DNA of 64,000 nucleotides from NCBI GenBank assembly GCA_035559535.1, contig DATMBG010000006.1, positions 1 through 64,000 on the forward strand. Direction: 5' to 3'. The notes beneath the pieces are model-generated. The model made no database searches. It was not told where the DNA came from and worked only from the letters and a program-made list of their open reading frames with translations. Both the position numbers and the translations under genes were made by a program. Below, in pieces: positions 58,816 through 64,000 of this stretch (position 1 is its first letter; every line of letters starts with the position of its first letter). The DNA comes from Candidatus Limnocylindrales bacterium. GTDB taxonomy: Bacteria > Moduliflexota > Moduliflexia > Moduliflexales > JAUQPW01.

Positions 58816-60210
58816 TTAAGGTACAGGTGTTATGTTGGATTTAAAATCGGTTAACTTGAGATTTAACGAAGGTTTTCTTTTTTCCAGGATTATCCGCATA
58901 CCATATTTAGGTCGTAGCGTCACACTTAACATAATCTGGACAGGATGGTTTGGGACGAGCCGCATCCGCCACCTCTGGGCCAGTGTCGCGATCAAAAGGA
59001 TTCCTTCCATCCAGGCAAAAGACTCGCCGATACACTGTCGGGGACCGGCTCCGAAAGGAAAATAGGCACATCTGGGCAACCTGATTTCTGGTCTGGGAAG
59101 CCACCGCTCGGGATCAAATTTAAAAGGATCGGGAAAATATCGAGAATCATGGTGGGTTACATAGGGACAGATCATAATAACCGAGTCAGCAGGCAAGAGA
59201 TAGTTTTCAATTCTGTAATCCTCAAGAACTCTGCGGCATATCCTCCAGGTTGGCGGATAAAGGCGCATGGCCTCCATAAACACCATCCGGGTATAGGGTA
59301 ACTGTTCCACATCGCTGGCTGTGGGAGGTCTATCTGCCAGAACGGTATCGATTTCAGCGTGAAGTTTTGCCTCCACATCGGGATATTGCGACAATAAATA
59401 CCAGGTCCATGTCAGGGCAAGGGCTGTGGTTTCATGACCTGTTATAAAAAGGGTCATGATCTCGTCACGTATTTGCCGATCCGTCATGCCACTTCCGTCT
59501 CCCTCCACGTCCTGAGCTTGCAATAGCATAGAAAGCACATCACCTGGATCTACGCCGCTGATCCGACGTTCATTAATCATTTTATGGACAAAGGTATTTA
59601 CTTGATTCAAGGCTTTCTGACGGCGATGGACACTGGGCAGTGAAAGTTTCTCTAACAATCTATAAAAGGGTCCTGGAGTGAGGCCCCACTTTATGAACAG
59701 GTTGAAGGTCTCACTGATCTCCCCCGTTTCTGATTCAAGATCCCTATCAAAGAGTGTTTTCCCGACAATTCTTAAAGTCAGGTGGGTCATTTCCTCTAAT
59801 ATATCCAGATTCATACCTTCTTGCCATCGTTGCTGCATTTCCAGGCTGTATTTTGTCATTACCTCTGCATAAGTCAAGATACGCTGTCGATGAAAGGCCG
59901 GTTGTATAAGCCGTCGTTGGCGAAGGTGGAAATCACCCCTGCTATAGAGCAATCCTGTTCCCATCACCTGTCGGGCAGGTGGGGTTTGTCCTTTTTTTTC
60001 GAAATTTCGGTTATGTCTTACCAGTACGTCTTCGAGATGATCCGGGTGATTCAGTAAGAAAAAATTCCTGGGGCCAAGCCTGAAATGGACGATATCGCCA
60101 TAGTTGCGGATAGCTTTCATTAAAAAGCCAATCGGATCACGCCGATAAGAAAAAAGATGACCGATGAACGGTAGACCCACTGGACCAGGAGGATATCGGA
60201 TTATCGTCAT
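58816..60210 (-). CDS. Cytochrome P450
   Basis: TGHETT, EAMRLYPP, PERW and FGAGPRQCIG motifs. Confidence 0.96.
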   Translation of the reverse strand: MTIIRYPPGPVGLPFIGHLFSYRRDPIGFLMKAIRNYGDIVHFRLGPRNFFLLNHPDHLEDVLVRHNRNFEKKGQTPPARQVMGTGLLYSRGDFHLRQRRLIQPAFHRQRILTYAEVMTKYSLEMQQRWQEGMNLDILEEMTHLTLRIVGKTLFDRDLESETGEISETFNLFIKWGLTPGPFYRLLEKLSLPSVHRRQKALNQVNTFVHKMINERRISGVDPGDVLSMLLQAQDVEGDGSGMTDRQIRDEIMTLFITGHETTALALTWTWYLLSQYPDVEAKLHAEIDTVLADRPPTASDVEQLPYTRMVFMEAMRLYPPTWRICRRVLEDYRIENYLLPADSVIMICPYVTHHDSRYFPDPFKFDPERWLPRPEIRLPRCAYFPFGAGPRQCIGESFAWMEGILLIATLAQRWRMRLVPNHPVQIMLSVTLRPKYGMRIILEKRKPSLNLKLTDFKSNITPVP

Positions 60211-60234
60211 GTAAATCTCCTTTAGAGGTAGATC

Positions 60235-60561
60235 CTAGGCTTTTCCAACTAAATATCGAGCAAGGACCTCAATGTTAGGATAATCATACACAAGGGTGGG
60301 AGGAAGTCGACATCCCAACCAGTCTTGTAACTCACCGGAGAGAATTGCGGCTTGCCTGGAATCCAGGCCATAATAAGCAAAAGGTTGTTGCACCTCAATA
60401 TCTTGAGGATCAACTTCTGTCAATTCAGAAAGCTTAGAGATTAACCAGGTTCGAATGGCTTCCTCATTTTGAGGTTGTTTTGGAGGATCTATCTGGTTGT
60501 TGGAGCCCTTTCCATGAGAAAAACCGGATGATTTACTATCTTTCGGATTTAGAATTCCCAT
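60235..60561 (-). CDS. Acyl carrier protein (FAAL/PKS-type)
   Basis: PF..YGLDS....L...L..WLG..L.PTL.YDYP.I..LA pattern. Confidence 0.92.
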   Translation of the reverse strand: MGILNPKDSKSSGFSHGKGSNNQIDPPKQPQNEEAIRTWLISKLSELTEVDPQDIEVQQPFAYYGLDSRQAAILSGELQDWLGCRLPPTLVYDYPNIEVLARYLVGKA

Positions 60562-60579
60562 TTTTTTCTTCCCTCCTGT

Positions 60580-60607
60580 GTACGGGCGTACGGCCGTACG
60601 CCCCTAC
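60580..60607. repeat. GTAG-type REP-like palindrome
   Basis: gtacgggcgtacggccgtacgcccctac. Confidence 0.7.
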
Positions 60608-60621
60608 TAGAAGGGGTAGCC

Positions 60622-61629
60622 TTAATAGCCCGTCTTAGCCTCCGCTATCATACGCGATGTGGGGATTTTAACATCCCAGGCAAGACCCACCATTTCAAAG
60701 ATGCGAATGATCCAGGCGCTTAAGTCGGGTTCCCACCATCTTAATCCATGTTTTGCTGAACTGGGGAAAGCGTGATGATTGTTTTGCAATCCTTCCCCAA
60801 ACGCGATGAGAGCGACCCAAAAATTATTCGCACTGTAATCATGGGTATTGAAAGGACGACTGCCAAAGGTATGGCCTATTGAACCAACAGCCCAACAGGC
60901 CTGGTTTACCAGGAAAATTCGAACGAGCCCTCCCCACAGAAATCCCTGGGAGATCCCGGTCCAAGTCCCCGTTAGAATCCCTCCTAAAACAGCCGGGATA
61001 ACTAAACCCAGGGATACCCAAACAAAATAGAGTTGATTTATCCTAAAGAGGGTAGGATCCCGAAGAAGATCCGGTGCGTAATAGAGGGAGTTGGCGATTT
61101 TATCGGAGAACATCCAACCTATATGGGCATGCCACAATCCCCGAACTAAGTTCCATATTCCTTTTCCCTGGAGATGGGGTGAGTGGGGGTCACCTGGCTG
61201 GTCACTGTAAGCATGATGGCGGCGATGGGAAGCTACCCAGAAGAGGATAGGGCCTTGAGCAGCCATAGAACCGAGGATGGCCAGGATGATCCGTAAGACT
61301 CTACCAGCTTGAAAGGCACGATGCGCAAAATAGCGGTGGAAGCCGACCGTAACACCTATCATGATGGCCGTATACATGCTGACGAGGATTCCCGCCTCTA
61401 CACGATCAATTCCATATTTCCAGGCTAAAATCATGGCTACAACAAACCCTAGAAAAGGTATGACTATCACCGCCAGCGCGATACTTCGTTGAAGTCTTCG
61501 GGCAAAAGGGCTTATGACTATGACTCCTGGAATCTTAGGTAAATTCGTAGAAGTTTTAAACGGGGGTCGGAAATTACTTTCACCTGATGAGGTAGTGGGT
61601 TTACTATTTTCTGAATTCTGGATTTCCAT
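60622..61629 (-). CDS. Membrane-bound fatty acyl desaturase/acetylenase-like protein 2
   Basis: HRYFAH, HRRHH and QNNHH boxes; QGP motif. Start at 61629 (GGAGG RBS) or 61656. Confidence 0.92.
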   Translation of the reverse strand: MEIQNSENSKPTTSSGESNFRPPFKTSTNLPKIPGVIVISPFARRLQRSIALAVIVIPFLGFVVAMILAWKYGIDRVEAGILVSMYTAIMIGVTVGFHRYFAHRAFQAGRVLRIILAILGSMAAQGPILFWVASHRRHHAYSDQPGDPHSPHLQGKGIWNLVRGLWHAHIGWMFSDKIANSLYYAPDLLRDPTLFRINQLYFVWVSLGLVIPAVLGGILTGTWTGISQGFLWGGLVRIFLVNQACWAVGSIGHTFGSRPFNTHDYSANNFWVALIAFGEGLQNNHHAFPSSAKHGLRWWEPDLSAWIIRIFEMVGLAWDVKIPTSRMIAEAKTGY

Positions 61630-61668
61630 TTTTCCTCCCTTCTCGATAGGATCCATTCTGGGTTTGAT

Positions 61669-62643
61669 CTAACGACTCTTTCTGGACTCTACGAGCATAC
61701 GCGCTGTGGGGACTTTGACATCCCAGGCTAAACCTATTCTCTCAAGGATACGGATAACACAACCATTCCAGTCAATCTGCCACCACTTTAACCCATGTCT
61801 GGCTGAGCCTGGGAAAGCATGGTGGTTATTGTGCCAACCTTCACCGAAGGCAAGAAGGGCAATCAAGAAATTGTTTCTACTTTCATCACGACTATGGAAG
61901 GGACGGGTACCACAAACATGGGTAATGGAGTTAACACTCCAGGTGGTATGGTGAACCAAAAAGGTCCGTATGAGTCCTCCCCATAAAAATCCCTGGAGGG
62001 CTCCTATCCAGGTCCCTGTCAGAATTCCACCCAGAAGAGTGGGAATAAGGAGGCCCAGGAACACCCAAACAAAATAAAGCCGATTAACTTTAAAGAGAAG
62101 AGTATCTCGAAGTAAATCGGGTATATAATGGCTCCAATCGGTAACTTCGTGGACAAATAGCCATCCGGTATGGGCATGCCATAGCCCACGGAGCAAACCG
62201 GAAATTCCATCCCCATGGAGATGAGGTGAATGAGGATCGCCTGATTGATCGCTGTAAGCGTGATGGCGCCGATGAATAGCTGCCCAAAAAAGGACAGGCC
62301 CTTGAGCAGCCATGGAACCGAGGATGGCAAGAATAACCCGTACTACCCGGTTGGTTTTGAAAGCACGATGGGAAAAATGCCGATGGAACCCCACTCCAAT
62401 TCCAATTATGGTGGCCGCGTACATACCGATGAGAAGACCTAACTCCACAAGACCCAGAGCATATCCCCAGAATAGAATAGTGGCAGCAAGGAACCCGAGA
62501 AAGGGCGTAATGACAACCACCAGGGCAATAGTTCGTTCGAACTTTTGGGCAGGTAAACTGGCCATTGCTATCCCAGGAAACTCAGATGGCTTTGAAGGGG
62601 TTTTAAATTTTGCCTGGCTTCCTAATTTAGTGACCTCTGACAT
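61669..62643 (-). CDS. Membrane-bound fatty acyl desaturase/acetylenase-like protein 1
   Basis: HRHFSH, HRRHH and HNNHH boxes; QGP motif; AGGAGG RBS. Confidence 0.93.
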   Translation of the reverse strand: MSEVTKLGSQAKFKTPSKPSEFPGIAMASLPAQKFERTIALVVVITPFLGFLAATILFWGYALGLVELGLLIGMYAATIIGIGVGFHRHFSHRAFKTNRVVRVILAILGSMAAQGPVLFWAAIHRRHHAYSDQSGDPHSPHLHGDGISGLLRGLWHAHTGWLFVHEVTDWSHYIPDLLRDTLLFKVNRLYFVWVFLGLLIPTLLGGILTGTWIGALQGFLWGGLIRTFLVHHTTWSVNSITHVCGTRPFHSRDESRNNFLIALLAFGEGWHNNHHAFPGSARHGLKWWQIDWNGCVIRILERIGLAWDVKVPTARMLVESRKSR

Positions 62644-62881
62644 GACTGGCCTCCTTTAGGTTTTCTTATTAAAAGGATTTTAATTGCAAAAATCACACTC
62701 TATCTAACCGATGGTCCACTTACTGCCTAAGGTATTGAGAGATTTTGATAGAAAAGATTTGTTTCAGGCAGTGTCCTATTAAACAGGAAAGTAACGAAAC
62801 ACCATACTTACTTAATCCCGTAGAGTAAGTCAACTGGAAAAATACGGAATAATTAAATTAGTTGGTATGAGGTTACTTAGA

Positions 62882-62897
62882 TGCAAAGAGTGAACCA
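62882..62897 (-). promoter_or_regulatory. Candidate sigma-54 promoter (desaturase operon)
   Basis: TGGTTCACTCTTTGCA, GG-N10-GC spacing. Confidence 0.5.
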
Positions 62898-63174
62898 TTT
62901 ATTTTAAGGGATAAAAGAAGGCTTATAGCTTATACCCATCCCTATTTCATGGGGTAATTATACGATCCTGGGAATTATAGGACTCCAGTAGGGGTAAATG
63001 TCAAACCGGCTCCTATTTATAGAAAACTTCTTGATACTACCTGTGGAAAGGAATTTTAAAAAGTTGAGATTTCAGTGGCATTCCTTGAGCTTCTAAACAG
63101 TAACCTTCGGTTTCCTGAAGACTGGAAAAAACTTTTCGCAGAAGCTATTTTTACAGGAATTTTATGGCTCTACT

Positions 63175-63250
63175 CCCTCACCCCCGGCCCCTTTCCTGAA
63201 GCCTGGGGAGAGGGGTATAAATAATTGTTCAAATTTAACTTTACAGAGTA
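63175..63250. mobile_element. MITE/REP-like element (CCCTCACCCC family)
   Basis: ccctcacccccggcccctttcc..ggagagggg...aaatttaactttacagagta. Confidence 0.6.
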
Positions 63251-63281
63251 TGAGTTATCCCCTTCAATTCAGATACAGACT

Positions 63282-64000
63282 TTACTCTTCCAGCACGTTT
63301 AGGCTTCCAGATAGAAATCCGGCCCGGCAGGCATAATGCTGGATTTTGCCACTGGAGGTTTTAGGAATGCTATTTGCTTTAAGTAGCAATACAGCATGAA
63401 TGTGCATTTCGTGATTTTCTACTACCGCCTGTCGAATGCTCCCAACTATTTCCTTGATGCTCCAACGTCTTAAATCATAGGAATGCTCCAGTTCGGCTAC
63501 AATAACGAGTCGTTCTTCACCATTCTGATCTATGGAAAATGCTGCACAGCAGCCCGGGCGTAAAGCCGGATGGCTCTGTTCCACGGTCTGTTCGATATCT
63601 TGAGGATAATAATTACGACCCCCTAGGATGATCAAATTCTTCAGACGACCCGTGACGAACAGCTCCCCCTTCTTCAAGAATCCTAAATCTCCTGTACGAA
63701 GAAAGGGGCCCTCACCGGTATCTGCCAGATAAGCCTTGAAGGTCTGCTTTGTCTCTTCGGAGCGATTCCAGTAGCCTTGAGCAACGCTGGGTCCTGATAC
63801 CCAAATCTCTCCCACCCGGTCAGGTGAACATAGGGTTAAGGATTCTGGATCGACAATAATAATCTTCTGACCCGGTAAAGATCGACCACACCCTATGAGT
63901 TTTTGGGTATCCTTTGTAGAACTATCGAGAGGGGATGCTTCTACTACCTGGTTCTGTTTTAGAGCAGTTCTCAGAACGCTGAGAACCGTGGGAAGGGTTC
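63282..64000 (-). CDS. Fatty acyl-AMP ligase (C-terminal part; 5' end outside the window)
   Basis: Frame open to the window end: ...VLRTALKQNQVVEASP...LIGCGR (FAAL-type insertion region), GEIWVSGPSVAQGYW, FLRTGDLGF, GRNYYPQDIE, IPKTSSGKIQ. Confidence 0.9.
   Translation of the reverse strand, partial: TLPTVLSVLRTALKQNQVVEASPLDSSTKDTQKLIGCGRSLPGQKIIIVDPESLTLCSPDRVGEIWVSGPSVAQGYWNRSEETKQTFKAYLADTGEGPFLRTGDLGFLKKGELFVTGRLKNLIILGGRNYYPQDIEQTVEQSHPALRPGCCAAFSIDQNGEERLVIVAELEHSYDLRRWSIKEIVGSIRQAVVENHEMHIHAVLLLKANSIPKTSSGKIQHYACRAGFLSGSLNVLEE

Noticed and set aside
63076-63091. Plus-strand GG-N10-GC site (tggcattccttgagct)
   Set aside because: Poor -12 element, and it points antisense into the FAAL gene.

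Overview
Bacterial DNA, gene-dense, with no rRNA, tRNA, CRISPR array or transposase recognised. From left to right: (1) a partial PAS/GAF-GGDEF-EAL signalling gene, an SDR and an ABM-type gene, then a repeat-rich spacer. (2) A minus-strand surface-glycan operon at 4.7-14.1 kb (coiled-coil methyltransferase, GT-C, Wzm, GT4s, stand-alone coiled-coil paralog). (3) A partial branched-chain ABC importer, a REC-REC-GAF-GGDEF cyclase and yqeC. (4) A divergent sulfated-glycan locus at 20.7-41 kb (wecB, cysC, NPP/AlkP enzyme, GT2, gmd, sulfotransferase, Wzx, membrane sulfatase-like protein, variant fabF, TPR protein, CBM-GT-C, AspH/LpxO-like hydroxylase, two hydrolases). (5) A minus-strand block from 41 kb past the window end, holding secreted propeller/PhoD/glycosidase proteins, three divergent LpxL-like acyltransferases, two Cys-rich secreted mini-proteins, a TonB receptor, an AT-less ketosynthase, two ACPs, a P450, two desaturases and a FAAL. 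The best candidate for an undescribed system is the FAAL-desaturase-desaturase-ACP-P450 cassette. It resembles alkyne/polyyne cassettes but is coupled to acyltransferases instead of a thioesterase, and candidate sigma-54 promoters may co-regulate it with the sulfation locus. All calls come from motif recognition by eye; no searches were run.
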